From contig CAWGBB010000006.1 in the NCBI GenBank assembly GCA_963820745.1, positions 110,415 to 174,414 of the forward strand: DNA of 64,000 nucleotides, written 5' to 3'. The notes beneath the pieces are model-generated. The model was not told the DNA's origin. It made no database searches and saw only the letters and a list, made by a program, of their open reading frames with translations. A program made the position numbers and the translations under genes. Shown one piece after another: positions 45,111 to 57,294 of this stretch; position 1 is the stretch's first letter; the number at the start of each line of letters is the position of its first letter. This DNA comes from an uncultured Solirubrobacteraceae bacterium. GTDB lineage: Bacteria; Actinomycetota; Thermoleophilia; Solirubrobacterales; Solirubrobacteraceae.

Positions 45111-45177
45111 GAGCGGATTGTCCAGGTTTGGACAGGTTGCAACGAGGTGCCCAAAGCTCGCCAACGCGGCTTCCGGC

Positions 45178-46347
45178 TCAGTCGAGGTCGCGCAGATGCG
45201 GGCGGTAGAGCCCCAGCACGCGCCCCAGGATCTCCCGCATGATCTCGTCCGAGCCGCCGCCGATCGGGCCGAGGCGGGCGTCGCGCGCGGCGCGCTCGAC
45301 CCAGTACTCGCGCATGTAGCCGGCGCCGCCGTGGATCTGCAGGCAGTCGTCCATGAGGTCGAACGAGGCGCGCTGCGTGGCGAGCTTGGCCATCGTGACC
45401 TCCTTCAGCGGCTCCTCGCCGGCGACGAAGCGGCGCAGCGCGTCGTAGGTGACGCAGCGGCAGACGTGGACGGAGGTCGCCATGTCGGCGAGCTTGTGGC
45501 GGATCGTCTGGTGGCCGGAGAGGGGGCGGCCGAACGTTTCGCGCTCGCGCGCGAACTCGGCGGTGCGCTCCCAGGCCAGGCGCATCGCGCCGACGGCGCC
45601 GAGCGCCATCGCCAGGCGCTCCCATTGGAAGTTGGCCATGATCAGCTTGAAGCCGCCGTGCAGCTCGCCGAGCAGGTTCTCCTCGGGGACGAACACGTCC
45701 TCGTAGGCGATCGTGGCGGTGTCGGAGGCGTGCCAGCCGAGCTTCTCGAGCTTGGAGGAGGTGACGCCCTCGCCGCGGTCGACGATCAGGAACGAGATGC
45801 CGCCATGGCCGCCCTCGGGTGTGGTCTTCACGGCGGTGACGATGAAGTCGGCGCGCACGCCGTTGGTGATGTAGGTCTTCTCGCCGTTGACCAGCCAGCC
45901 GCCGTCGACGCGCTCGGCGCGCGTGGACAGCGAGGCGACGTCGGAGCCGGCACCCGGCTCGGTGATCCCGAGCGCGCCGACGATCTCACCCGCGATGGAG
46001 GGCACGAGATAGCGCTGCTTCTGCTCGTCGGTGCCGAACTTCCAGATCGGCGGCGTCGCGATGTTGATGTGCGCGCCGATGCCCGCGGCGGTGCCGCCCG
46101 AGCCCGTGCGCGCCATCTCCTCGCAGAGCACCGCCTCGTGCAGGTAGTCACCGCCCTGCCCGCCGTAGCGCTCCTCGTACTTCAGGCCGAGCAGTCCCTG
46201 CTCGGCCATCTTCGGAAAGACGTCGTTGGGGAACCAGCGCTCCTCCTCCCACTCCTGGGCGTGGGGGGCGAGCTCGCGGTCGATGAAGCCGCGGACGGAC
46301 TCGCGCAGCTCCTCGTGCTCGGGGGTGAAGGGAGGGTCGGGCGTCAC
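45178..46347 (-). CDS. Acyl-CoA dehydrogenase
   Basis: GITEPGAGSDV, NGEKTYITNG, QIHGGAGY, IGGGSDEIM; AAGGAG RBS. Confidence 0.95.
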   Translation of the reverse strand: MTPDPPFTPEHEELRESVRGFIDRELAPHAQEWEEERWFPNDVFPKMAEQGLLGLKYEERYGGQGGDYLHEAVLCEEMARTGSGGTAAGIGAHINIATPPIWKFGTDEQKQRYLVPSIAGEIVGALGITEPGAGSDVASLSTRAERVDGGWLVNGEKTYITNGVRADFIVTAVKTTPEGGHGGISFLIVDRGEGVTSSKLEKLGWHASDTATIAYEDVFVPEENLLGELHGGFKLIMANFQWERLAMALGAVGAMRLAWERTAEFARERETFGRPLSGHQTIRHKLADMATSVHVCRCVTYDALRRFVAGEEPLKEVTMAKLATQRASFDLMDDCLQIHGGAGYMREYWVERAARDARLGPIGGGSDEIMREILGRVLGLYRPHLRDLD

Positions 46348-46374
46348 GTTCGTGCTCCTTCTGCTGCTGCTGTG

Positions 46375-46446
46375 CCGACCGGCACATGCACCGGTCGGGG
46401 GATCGGTACATGCACCGACCCGGGGGGCCGCACATGTGCGGCCCCC
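46375..46446. repeat. Three tandem GC hairpins sharing an ACATG core (REP/BIME-like)
   Basis: CCGACCGG-cacatgca-CCGGTCGG; TCGGT-acatgc-ACCGA; perfect GGGGGCCGCACA/TGTGCGGCCCCC. Confidence 0.7.
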
Positions 46447-46460
46447 TTGATTAGGAGAGG

Positions 46461-47021
46461 ATGGGGGTCATGGACTCTGCCAAGGCGCCCGCCTGGCGGC
46501 GGACCGGAGCCAACCTCGTCGACATGGCGGTGTTCGGCGGCCTGTTCTGGCTCGCCCGCTCGCGTGGCATCGCGCGCGAGGGGACGCCCGTCGCTCGCCT
46601 CATGAGCGTTCCGGTCGAGGTGCTTCGTGAGCAGCTGCGCTCGCCCGGCCAGCGGCTGCTCGGCACGATCACGGTCGACCGGCGAACCGGACGCCGTCTC
46701 GCCCTCTGGCGGACCGCTCTGCTGATCGCGACCCGCGCCGGGGCGACCGAGCTCACCCGCCGGCTGGAACCCGTCCGGACCCCCGACCTCGACCGTGAGC
46801 GCGAGGCCGCCGGCGCCGAGATCTCCGACATCATGCGCCGCCACCCTCAGGCGACGCCGGAGCGCGAGGCCGAGCTCCAGGCCGCCTACGCCCGCCACCG
46901 CCTCACGGCTCCGTCGTTGCCGCGGACGATCGCCCCTTCGCTCGTCGCCGGGGTGCTGAACTCGCGGCTGCGCCGGCGCCTCGCCCCGACGGTCGAGGTG
47001 CTCGCCCGCGGGCGCGAATAA
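46461..47021 (+). CDS. Hypothetical protein, RDD-family-like
   Basis: APAWRRTGANLVD and SPGQRLLGTITVD resemble RDD motifs; AGGAGAGG RBS. Confidence 0.6.
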   Translation: MGVMDSAKAPAWRRTGANLVDMAVFGGLFWLARSRGIAREGTPVARLMSVPVEVLREQLRSPGQRLLGTITVDRRTGRRLALWRTALLIATRAGATELTRRLEPVRTPDLDREREAAGAEISDIMRRHPQATPEREAELQAAYARHRLTAPSLPRTIAPSLVAGVLNSRLRRRLAPTVEVLARGRE

Positions 47022-47092
47022 TCGGCAAATCGGCCGGCGCTCCGTGATGGGAGGGTCGGCCGGCGCTCCGTGCCGGCCTCCGGCCTCCGGCC

Positions 47093-48284
47093 TCACAGCC
47101 CGTAGCTGCGGCCGATCACGTCGAGCATGATCTCGTCGGTGCCCGCGCCGATGCGGTTCAGGCGCATGTCGCGCCACACGCGCTCGACGCCGTACTCGCG
47201 CATGTAGCCCGCGCCGCCGTGGATCTGGATGCACTCGTCGGCGACTTCGCACGCGATCCGCGAGGCGTGGAGCTTGGCCATCGAGATCTCCCTGACCGGG
47301 TACTCGCCGTTGTTGAAGCGCCAGGCCGTCACGTAGACCATCTGCCGCGCCGACTCGATCTTCGTCGCCATCTCGGCGAACTTGTGGCGGATCACCTGGA
47401 AGTGGCCGATCGAGCGGCCGAACGCTTTGCGCTCGTTCGCGTACTGGAGCGTCCGTTCGAAGCATTTCTGGGCGCCCGCGACGCAGCCGGCGGCGCCGAT
47501 CAGGCGCTCGCCCTGGAGCTCCCACATGATGTGGTAGAAGCCCTTGCCGACCTGGCCGAGGACGGCCGACTCCGGGACTCGCACGTCCTGGAACGCGAGC
47601 AGCGCCGTGTCCGAGGCGTGCATGCCGAGCTTCTCGAGCTTCTTCTCGCGGATCACGCCCGGGCTGTCCATCGGCACCAGGAAGAGCGTGAAGCCGTCGT
47701 AGCCCGGCGTCCGGGTCGGTCTTCGTCACGAGCACGATCACGTCGGCGCGGTGGCCGTTGGTGATGTACGTCTTCGAGCCGTTGATGACGTAGTCGTCGC
47801 CGTCTTTCACGGCGCGCGTCTTGATGCCCGAGACGTCAGAGCCCGCGTCGGGCTCGGTGATGCCGAGGCAGAGGATCTTCTCGCCCTTGATCGCGGGCAC
47901 GACCCACTCCTGCTTCTGCTCCTCGGTGCCGAACGCGAGGATCGGCGGCATCGCCATGTCGGTGTGCACCGCGATGCCCATCGCGAGACCGCCGGAGTTG
48001 GCGTTGCCGATCTCCTCCGCGAGCACGAGGCTCGTGTAGTAGTCGCCGCCCTGGCCGCCGTACTGCTCGGGCTTGTCGAGGCCCAGGAAGCCCAGCTCGC
48101 CGAAGCGCGGGAAGACCGAGTCGGGGAAGGTCGTCTCCTCCCATTCCTCTGCGTGGGGGGCGAGCTCTTTGATCGCGAAGTTGCGGATCGACTCGCGGAG
48201 CTGTTCGTGCTCGTCGGTGAAGATGAAGTGCTTGCGCTGCGTCTTGAAGTCGGGCTTCAGGACGCTCGCCTCGGTTGCGGCCAT
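47093..48284 (-). CDS. Acyl-CoA dehydrogenase (AtuD/long-chain-like); frameshift near 47705
   Basis: FTDEHEQLR, AVHTDMAMP, GITEPDAGSDV, QIHGGAGY, IGAGTDEIM. Confidence 0.95.
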
Positions 48285-48372
48285 GGGGGCGTGGTCTCCT
48301 TCGTCGTCGGTCTCGGTCACCTCGCCGCGCACGCGCCCGGCGGTCGGCCGGGACGCTAACGCAGCAACGATC

Positions 48373-48404
48373 GAAAGTAAACAGTAGAGCTATTTACTTT
48401 TCGC
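48373..48404. promoter_or_regulatory. AT-rich inverted-repeat operator, copy 1
   Basis: GAAAGTAAACAGTAGAGCTATTTACTTTTCGC with AAAGTAAA/TTTACTTT arms, upstream of the ACAD gene. Confidence 0.7.
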
Positions 48405-48611
48405 TGCGGCGGCGCGCGGGCGCGTCGTTGCTCACTCGTACCCACGTTGGCCGGAATGGTGAAAAGAGCCGCCGGCCGTCTCGCGAGGAGGCGCAAATCC
48501 GCCCGCTGGGGAAGGAACCGCGGGCACCGGAGTTCTTGACCCATACGCGCGGCGACCCGGCCGCACCGGCTCGTGGGGGCACGGCCGCGCGCGAGAGAGA
48601 AAGGAGCAGGC

Positions 48612-50078
48612 ATGAACGTGCGGTCCGCGTCCGCGGGCGGCGCGAGCGCCGCTGCGCGCTCGCTGCCCAAGCCCGCCGGGCTGGTGATGGCTGTGGCGGT
48701 GCTGGGGAGCGCGATGGCGTTCATCGACGCGACGATCGTCAACATCGCCGTGCCGAGCATCGCGGCGCAGTTCCCCGCGACGCCGCTCTCGAGCATCTCG
48801 TGGGTGCTCAACGCCTACAACATCGTCTTCGCCGCGTTCCTGATCGGCGGCGGCCAGCTCGCCGACACGTTCGGCCGGCGGCGCGTGTTCTCGCTCGCCC
48901 TGTGCGTGTTCACGAGCGCCTCCGCCCTGTGCGCCCTCTCACCGACGCTGGCCGTGCTGGTCGGCGCGCGCGTCCTCCAGGCCGCCGGCGCCGCGCTGCT
49001 GATCCCCAGCTCGCTGGCGATCGTGCTCGACGCCTACCCGCGCGAGCGCCGCGTCCGCGCGATCACCCTGTGGGCCGCGGCGGCGGCCGCCGCCGCCGGC
49101 ATCGGCCCGCCGCTCGGGGGGCTGCTCGTGACCGCCTCGGGCTGGCGGCTGGTCTTCCTCGTCAACGTGCCCGTCGGGCTGCTGACGCTCGCGCTCGCAC
49201 GGGCGATCGTGCCCGAGAGCCGGCGGGGCGGGCGGGATCGAGCTTCGAAGCGGCTGCCCGACCTGCCGGCGGAAGGCGCGCTCTCGCTGGCCGTGGCGGC
49301 GCTCGTGCTGGCGATCGTCAAGGGCGAAGAATGGGGCTGGCTGGACGTCAGGACGCTGTGGACGCTCGGCTTCGCGTGCCTGCTCGGCGCCTTCTTCCTG
49401 GCCCGCTGCCGGCGCGACCCCGGACGCACGATCGACCCCTCGCTGTGGAAAGTGCGCTCGTTCGACGTCGCGAACGGCGCAACCACGGTGCTCGCGGTCG
49501 GCTTCTACGGCTACACCCTCTGCAACGTCCTGTTCCTCACGGGGATCTGGCACTACTCGGTGCTCCAGGCCGGGCTCGCGTTGATGCCCGGTCCCGTGAT
49601 CGCGATGGCCGTTGCGGCCGCGGCGAGCAGGCCGATCGAGCGGTTCGGCCACCGCGCCGTGATCATCCCCGGTGCCGCGATCTGGGCCTCCGGCTCGCTG
49701 TACCTCGTGACCTCCGCGGGCGGGCAGCCCGACTTCCTCGGCACGCTGCTGCCGGTGATCGTGGTCTCCGGGATCGGGGCCGGGCTCACGTTCCCCGCGG
49801 TCAGCGGCGCCGCCGTGATGGCCGTGCCGGGGGATCGCTTCGCGCTCGCGACCGCCCTGAACGCGGTCTCGCGCCAGGTCGGCGCCGCGCTCGGCGTCGC
49901 GGCACTGGTGGCGATCCTCGGCGATCCACACGGGCCCGGCGCGCTCGACGCGTTCCGTCACGCGTGGACCTTCGCCGCGCTGTGCCTGCTCACGGGGGGG
50001 CTGCTGTGCGTGCGGCTCCCGGGACCCCACGCGGCGCCGACCCTCGCGACCGTTCCGCAGACCGGACTTCCGCGGTAG
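48612..50078 (+). CDS. DHA2-family MFS efflux transporter
   Basis: DATIVNIA, WVLNAY, GQLADTFGRRR, WRLVFLVNVPVG; 14-TM pattern; AAGGAG RBS. Confidence 0.92.
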   Translation: MNVRSASAGGASAAARSLPKPAGLVMAVAVLGSAMAFIDATIVNIAVPSIAAQFPATPLSSISWVLNAYNIVFAAFLIGGGQLADTFGRRRVFSLALCVFTSASALCALSPTLAVLVGARVLQAAGAALLIPSSLAIVLDAYPRERRVRAITLWAAAAAAAAGIGPPLGGLLVTASGWRLVFLVNVPVGLLTLALARAIVPESRRGGRDRASKRLPDLPAEGALSLAVAALVLAIVKGEEWGWLDVRTLWTLGFACLLGAFFLARCRRDPGRTIDPSLWKVRSFDVANGATTVLAVGFYGYTLCNVLFLTGIWHYSVLQAGLALMPGPVIAMAVAAAASRPIERFGHRAVIIPGAAIWASGSLYLVTSAGGQPDFLGTLLPVIVVSGIGAGLTFPAVSGAAVMAVPGDRFALATALNAVSRQVGAALGVAALVAILGDPHGPGALDAFRHAWTFAALCLLTGGLLCVRLPGPHAAPTLATVPQTGLPR

Positions 50079-50114
50079 GCTGCGGCCGCCGCCGATCGAG
50101 CTCTTGGAGGAGCC

Positions 50115-51004
50115 ATGCGCAGAGCCATCGCCGCCGTTCCCGTCGTGCTGCTCGCGCTCGCTTGCTCGCCCGCGCACGCTGCCGAAGGCCCGCTCCTGCC
50201 GGCGCCGCAGATCCCGCCGGAACTGCAGGCGCTCGAGACCAAGGCCGACGCGCTGCAGATCACCTCGGCCCGCGTGTCCTTCAGCACATCACTGCACCTC
50301 GGCCACGTCTCGAAGGTCGCGCGCGAATTCGCGCGGCTGCTCGAGTTCAAGATCGAAGGCGTCGAAACGACTCTCGCCGCCGGCCGCGGCGCTGACCATG
50401 ACCCTCTTCGGCACGCAGGTGCGGCTGCGCTACGTCGACGGCCACGCTACCTGTTCTCATGGGAGTTCGGCCGGCACGACGGCGGACGCCCATGGGTGGA
50501 GCTCGGGCACGGGCCGGTCGGGCGCCTCTTCGACGGCGCCGCGCAAGGTCCGACCGAAACGGAGCACTCCGGCGCCCAGCGCTGGAGAAGCTGTTCACGC
50601 TCGTCAACGACGGCATCGGCCTGCACGAGATCGCGCCGACGACGCTCTACGGCCAGCCGGTCACCGGCTTCGAGGCGGAAGTCGAACCGAAGGCCGGGGC
50701 GCGAAGCAGGGCGGCTCGGCGGGGCGCTCGGCGGGCTCTCGACGCGGCGCGGCGTCCCGCCCCGCGTCGCGCCGAGGCCGACGCTGACGGTCTACTTCGC
50801 CGCCGGCGGCGCGTCGTCCGCGTGCAGATCGAGACGGGCGACGGGATCACCCGGGACACGTCACGAACGACATACCCGGCGATCGACTTCCCGTACACGA
50901 TCACGGCGCCTCCGCCATCGCACGTGATCGCCGAAGCGAAGCTCTTGAAGCGCTTCGCCTCCACCATCGTTCGCGCCGCTTCACGATCCGCACCGAAGGC
51001 GTGA
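50115..51004 (+). CDS. Secreted hypothetical protein; several frameshifts
   Basis: GGAGG RBS and signal peptide MRRAIAAVPVVLLALACSPAHA; protein-like segments in three frames, ending AIDFPYTITAPP. Confidence 0.55.
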
Positions 51005-51025
51005 GCCGATCCGGACGCGGGTCGC

Positions 51026-51057
51026 AAAAGTAAGCAGTAGCGCTCCGCACTTCTCGC
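51026..51057. promoter_or_regulatory. Operator copy 2, upstream of the crotonase-carboxyltransferase-BKACE operon
   Basis: AAAAGTAAGCAGTAGCGCTCCGCACTTCTCGC, 24/32 identical to 48373-48404; TACGAT -10 at 51071. Confidence 0.6.
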
Positions 51058-51082
51058 AGGCCGTGTGGGCTACGATGCGCCG

Positions 51083-51878
51083 GTGCCCACCGAGAAGGTC
51101 CTCTACGCGACCGACGAACGCGGCGTCGCGACGATCACGCTGAACGACCCGGAGACGCGCAACGCGCTCTCGGCCGAGCTGCTCGACGGCCTGATCGAGA
51201 GCTTCGAGCGCGCCCGCGACGAAGACGACGTGCGCTGTGTGGTGCTCGCCTCCTCGCACGAGCGCACGTTCTCCTCCGGGCGCGAACCTCGGCGGCTTCG
51301 CGGCCGAGATGGCACTCGTGCACAAGCACTTCGCCGGCGAGCGCTTCGTCGGCCTCTTCAAGCTGATCGGCGAGCTCGGCAAGCCGACGGTCTGCGCCGC
51401 GCGCGGACACGTGCTGGCGGGTGCGCTCGGGATCGCGCTGGCGTGCGATCTGATCGTCGCCTCCGAGACCGCGAGCTTCGGCACGCCGGAGATCAACATC
51501 GGCGCCTTCCCCTTCATGATCATGGCGCTGATCTACCGCAACGTTCCGCGCAAGAAGGCCAACGAGCTGCTGCTGCTCGGCGAGCGCTGGAGCGCCCAGC
51601 AGGCGCTCGAAGCGGGGATCCTCAACCGCGTCGTCCCGGACGGGGAGCTCCAGCCGACGGTCGACGACTGGGCCGGCAAGCTGGCCGCGAAGTCGCCGGT
51701 GATCATGCGCCTCGGCAAGGAAGCGATGCGCCGCCAGCTCGACATGCCGCTGGACGACGCGCTCGACTACCTGCGCGCGCAGCTGACGCTCGCGCAGTCG
51801 ACGGATGACATCGTCGAGGGCGTCACCGCGTTCTTCGAGAAGCGCGAGCCGACCTGGAAAGGAGAGATGAATGGCTGA
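51083..51878 (+). CDS. Enoyl-CoA hydratase/isomerase family; frameshift near 51280
   Basis: ETRNALS, FSSGANLGG, ALACDL, FGTPEINIG. Confidence 0.9.
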
Positions 51879-53447
51879 CACCCGGCCGAGAGCACCTCGA
51901 TCCTGCGACCGCTCGTCGAGGACCTCCACGCGCGCCGCGAGCAGGTCAAGCTCGGGGGCGGCGAGGAGAAGATCGCCCGTCAGCACGAGAAGGAGAAGCT
52001 GACCGCGCGCGAGCGCCTCGCGCTGCTGATCGACGAGGGCACGTTCGTGGAGCTCGGCATCCACGGCCGCCCGCACTCATCCCAGCGCGCGATGGACGGC
52101 GTCGAGGCGCCCGCCGACGGCGTCATCACGGGCTACGGCAAGATCGACGGCCGGCTTGTCGCCGTGTGCGCCTACGACTTCACGGTGATGGCCGGCTCGA
52201 TGGGCATGACCGGCGAGCTGAAGGTGACGCGCCTGCGTGAGCTCGCGCTGACGAAGCGGATCCCGTTCATCTGGCTGCTCGACTCCGCCGGCGCGCGCAT
52301 CCAGGAGGCCGTCGGCTCGCTGTTCGCGGGCTCGGGCTTCCTGTTCCGCGAGGAGGTCGTGATGAGCGGAGTGATCCCGCAGGTCGCGGCCCTGATGGGG
52401 CCCTGCGCCGCGGGCACCGCCTACATCCCGGGCCTGGCCGACTTCGTGCCGATGGTCAAGGGCCGCGGCTCGATGGCGCTCGCCGGTCCGCACCTCGTGC
52501 GCGCCGCGATCGGCGAGGACGTCACGCAGGAGGAACTCGGCGGCTCGCGCGTGCACTGCCGCAAGTCGGGGGTGGGGGACATGGAGGTCGCCGACGACGA
52601 GGAGTGCATCCAGCGGATCAAGGATTACTTGTCGTACATGCCCGAGAACTGCGAATCGGCGGCGCCGGTGCGGCCGGTCGTCGACCCGATCGAGCGCGGC
52701 GACGAGGAGCTGCTCGACGTGCTGCCGGAGTCCAACCGCAAGCCGTACGACATGTACGACGTGATCCGCCACATCGTCGACGACGGCGACTGGTTCGACA
52801 TGAAGGGCGCGTGGGCGAAGACGATCATCACCTGTTTCGCCCGCTTCGGCGGGCGCCCGGCCGGGATCGTCGCCAACCAGCCCAAGCAGCTCGGCGGCAT
52901 CCTCGACAACGACTCCGCCGACAAGGCCGCGCGGTTCGTGAACCTCTGCAACGCGTTCTCGATCCCGCTCGTCTTCCTGATGGACGTGCCGGGCTTCATG
53001 GTCGGCACCAAGGTCGAGGAGGCGGGCATCATCCGCCACGGGGCGAAGATGCTCTACGCGGTCGCCAACGCGACCGTCCCGAAGATCACGGTGATCACGC
53101 GCAAGGCGTACGGCGCGGGTTACTACGTGATGAACGGGCGTGCGTACGAGCCGGACCTGATCGTCGCGTGGCCGAGCGCCGAGATCTCGGTGATGGGAGC
53201 CGAGGGCGCCGTCGAGATCGTGATGCGCAAACAGGTCGAGGAAGCCGAGGACCCGGCGGCCAAGAAGGCCGAGCTGATCGCCGCCTACCAGAAGATCATC
53301 GACGTCTACATCGCGGCGGGCAACGACATGATCGACGACGTGATCGACCCCCGCGAGACGCGCGCGACGATCTGCCGCGCGCTCGAGATGGCGGAGCACA
53401 AGAAAATCGAGCGGCCGTGGAAGCGGCAGGGAGTGGTACCGGTATGA
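51871..53447 (+). CDS. Acyl-CoA carboxylase carboxyltransferase (beta) subunit; frameshift near 51885
   Basis: KLTARERL, DSAGARIQE, GPCAAG, DVPGFMVG, GIIRHGAK, VIDPRETR. Confidence 0.95.
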
Positions 53448-54327
53448 GCCTCGACGACCCAGTGGTGATCACCTGCTCGATCTCGGGCGCGATCGCCAAC
53501 CGCGAGCAGTGCCCGGCGATCCCGTACACGCCGGAGGAGTACGCCGCCGAGGCGCGGCGGATCGTCGACGAGGGCGGTGTGCACATCCACATCCATGCCC
53601 GCAAACCGGACGGCACGCCGTCGTACGAGGTCGAGGACTTCGCCGCGATCACCGACGCGATCCGTGCCGAGGTCGGCGACGCCGCGATCATCAACTACTC
53701 GACCGGCACGATCGGGGTTCCGGTCTCCAAGCGGATCGAGTACCTGCGCGCCTGCCGCCCCGAGGTCGCCGCGCTGAACATGGGCTCGATGAACTACGCG
53801 AAGTACTCGCGCTCGCGCAAAGGGTTCGTGTTCGACATGGTGTTCGCCAACCCGTTCAGCGAGATCATCGAGCTGCTCGAGGCGATGAACGAGCTCGGCA
53901 TCAAACCCGAGCACGAGTGCTTCGACATCGGGCACGTCGGCTCGCTCGCGCCGCTGATCGACATGGGCGTGCTGCACACGCCCCTCCACGTCGACTGCGT
54001 GATGGGCGTGGTCGGCGGCATACCGCCGACGGCGCGCAACCTCGCCGCGATGGTCGACAACATCCCCGCCGGGTCCCATTGGGGGGTGATCGGGATCTCG
54101 CGCGAGCAGTGGATGCTGGTGGCCGCGGCGCTGACGCTCGGCGGCTCGATCCGCGTCGGGCTGGAGGACAACCTGTACCTGCCCGACGGCACGATGGCGG
54201 CCTCCAACGGCGAGCTGATCGCCAAGGCGCGCACGATGACCGAAGAGATCGGCCGCCGCCCGGCGACGGTCGCCGAGGCGCGCTCGATGCTGAACGTGCC
54301 CGCGAAGCCCGCCGTCGGGAGCCTCGC

Positions 54328-54331
<4 letters not shown>
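53444..54331 (+). CDS. Beta-keto acid cleavage enzyme (BKACE / DUF849, Kce-like)
   Basis: VVITCSISGA, PAIPYTPEE, HIHAR Zn ligands, LNMGSMN, RVGLEDN. Confidence 0.92.
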
Positions 54332-55613
<1,282 letters not shown>

Positions 55614-55617
<4 letters not shown>

Positions 55618-56390
55618 GCGCGCTGGCGGCGAGCGCGAACGCCGTTGATGGAAGCCCGCCCGACCCCGGCGCCGGCGAGCGCGAGCTGCTCAAGATGAGC
55701 GAGCTCGCCGAGCGATCGGGCGTGAGCCCGGGCACGATCCGCTACTACCTGCGCGAGGGGCTGCTCGGCGACGGCGCCGACATCGTGCGCACGAGCCGCA
55801 ACATGGCCTACTACCCGCCCGACTACGTCGAGCGGATCGCGCTGATCAAGCGCCTGCAGGAGGAGCGCTTCATGCCGCTGCGGGTGATCCGCGGCGCGCT
55901 GCGCGACGACCCCGACCGGGTACGCGCGCTGATGGAGCTCGAGGACCGCATCATCGAGCGCGCGATCGCGAGCGCGGAGGGACGCGGGCGCGTTTCGCGC
56001 AAGGCCGCCGCGGAACGCTACGGCGTGCCGGCGGAGGTGCTCGACCGGCTCGCCGACATCGGCGTGCTGACCCCGAACGGGCGCGGCTACGACCGCGACG
56101 ACGTCGAGATCATCGAGGCGATCGCGAGCTTCCGCGCCGGCGGCTACGAGGAGGCGCTCGGCTTCACCGTCTACGACACCCTGCGCTACCGCGACGCCCT
56201 GGAGCCGCTCGTGCAGGCGGAGGTGCGCGCGTTGCTCGAGCGCCTCGCCGGCGAGGTGGACGTCGAGCGCGCGATGGAGATCATCGCCGCGGGCACCGAG
56301 CCGCTGCGCGAGCTGATCGGCGCGATGCACTCGAAGCTGCTGCTCACGGAGCTCGGCCGGCAGCGCTCCGGGCACTCGTCGCAGGCGTGA
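55614..56390 (+). CDS. MerR-family transcriptional regulator with a duplicated HTH-like region
   Basis: MSELAERSGVSPGTIRYYLREGLL, SRNMAYY, IKRLQEERFMPL; last gene of the operon. Confidence 0.9.
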
Positions 56391-56408
56391 TCGCGCCGGG
56401 CGGCTGAG

Positions 56409-57230
56409 CTACCAGCGCGCGCGGTGGTGCTCCATCACCCCGCGCCCGCTCGCCAGCTCGACGCCCCCCGGCAGCGCGCCCGAGAAGGTCCCGAACGGCG
56501 CGCGGTACTCCGAGCTGACGAGCAGCAGGTTCTCGCGCCGCGCGCGCTCGGCCTCCGCCGTGAAGCGCAGCTCCGAGCCGTCGCGCGCGCGGATGAAGCG
56601 CAGCTCGGGATCGAACTCGACGGGGCCGACCTCGTGGGGAACCCCGCCGACCCAGACTGCGCGCTCGCTGGCGCGCTCGGGGTCGTTGATGCCGCTTACG
56701 AGGTTCCACGCGAGCGGCGTGCCGTCGCGAGCCTCGCCGACGCCGGCGCTCCAGCGCCACTCGGTCACGCGCTGGTGCCAGCCCGCTGAATCGTCGATCA
56801 CGGCCAGCGCCTCGACCGGGCGCGGCGAGCCGCCGTCCAGCGCGAGCGTGCCATGAGCGCGGACGCCGGCCTGCTTGCGCGTCCAGGACTCCGAGCGCCC
56901 GTTGGGACAGCGTGCCTCGATCCCGGGTTCTTCCTCGAACGCGAGCTCGAGCAGCACGCCGCGGTCAGCGAGCCGCAGCGCGCCGGGCTCCAGCACGACC
57001 TCGCCCCGTCGCGGCAGCAGCCGGGTGCGCTCGCGCAGCGCTCCGTGACCGTGTGCGTGCAGCGCCCAGAAGCTCTGACGCGCCGGCCCGATCCGGACCT
57101 GCGCGGCGCAGAGCATCAGCTCCTCATCGAAGACCCCCACCCAGCGCCAGCGCTTCAGCGGGCGGCCGCGCGCGAACATGCCGCGCCCCGCGATGAAGCT
57201 CTCGGCTGAACCGAAGCGGGTCGCGGGCAT
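56409..57230 (-). CDS. Hypothetical protein, DUF2804-like
   Basis: LKRWRW, DDSAGWHQRVTEWRW, YRAPFGTFSG, GVMEHHRARW. Confidence 0.7.
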   Translation of the reverse strand: MPATRFGSAESFIAGRGMFARGRPLKRWRWVGVFDEELMLCAAQVRIGPARQSFWALHAHGHGALRERTRLLPRRGEVVLEPGALRLADRGVLLELAFEEEPGIEARCPNGRSESWTRKQAGVRAHGTLALDGGSPRPVEALAVIDDSAGWHQRVTEWRWSAGVGEARDGTPLAWNLVSGINDPERASERAVWVGGVPHEVGPVEFDPELRFIRARDGSELRFTAEAERARRENLLLVSSEYRAPFGTFSGALPGGVELASGRGVMEHHRARW

Positions 57231-57244
57231 TATGCTTTCGGCTG

Positions 57245-57260
57245 TTGACTGACCAGTCAA
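57245..57260. promoter_or_regulatory. Palindromic operator, probably for the downstream TetR
   Basis: TTGACTG-ac-CAGTCAA in the divergent gap. Confidence 0.7.
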
Positions 57261-57294
57261 TCTATTTCTGGGCCTGGCCGGGGGAAGAGGTTCC

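Noticed and set aside
46375-46446. Mini-CRISPR array
   Set aside because: The units are not identical repeats, there are no spacers, and no cas genes are in the window
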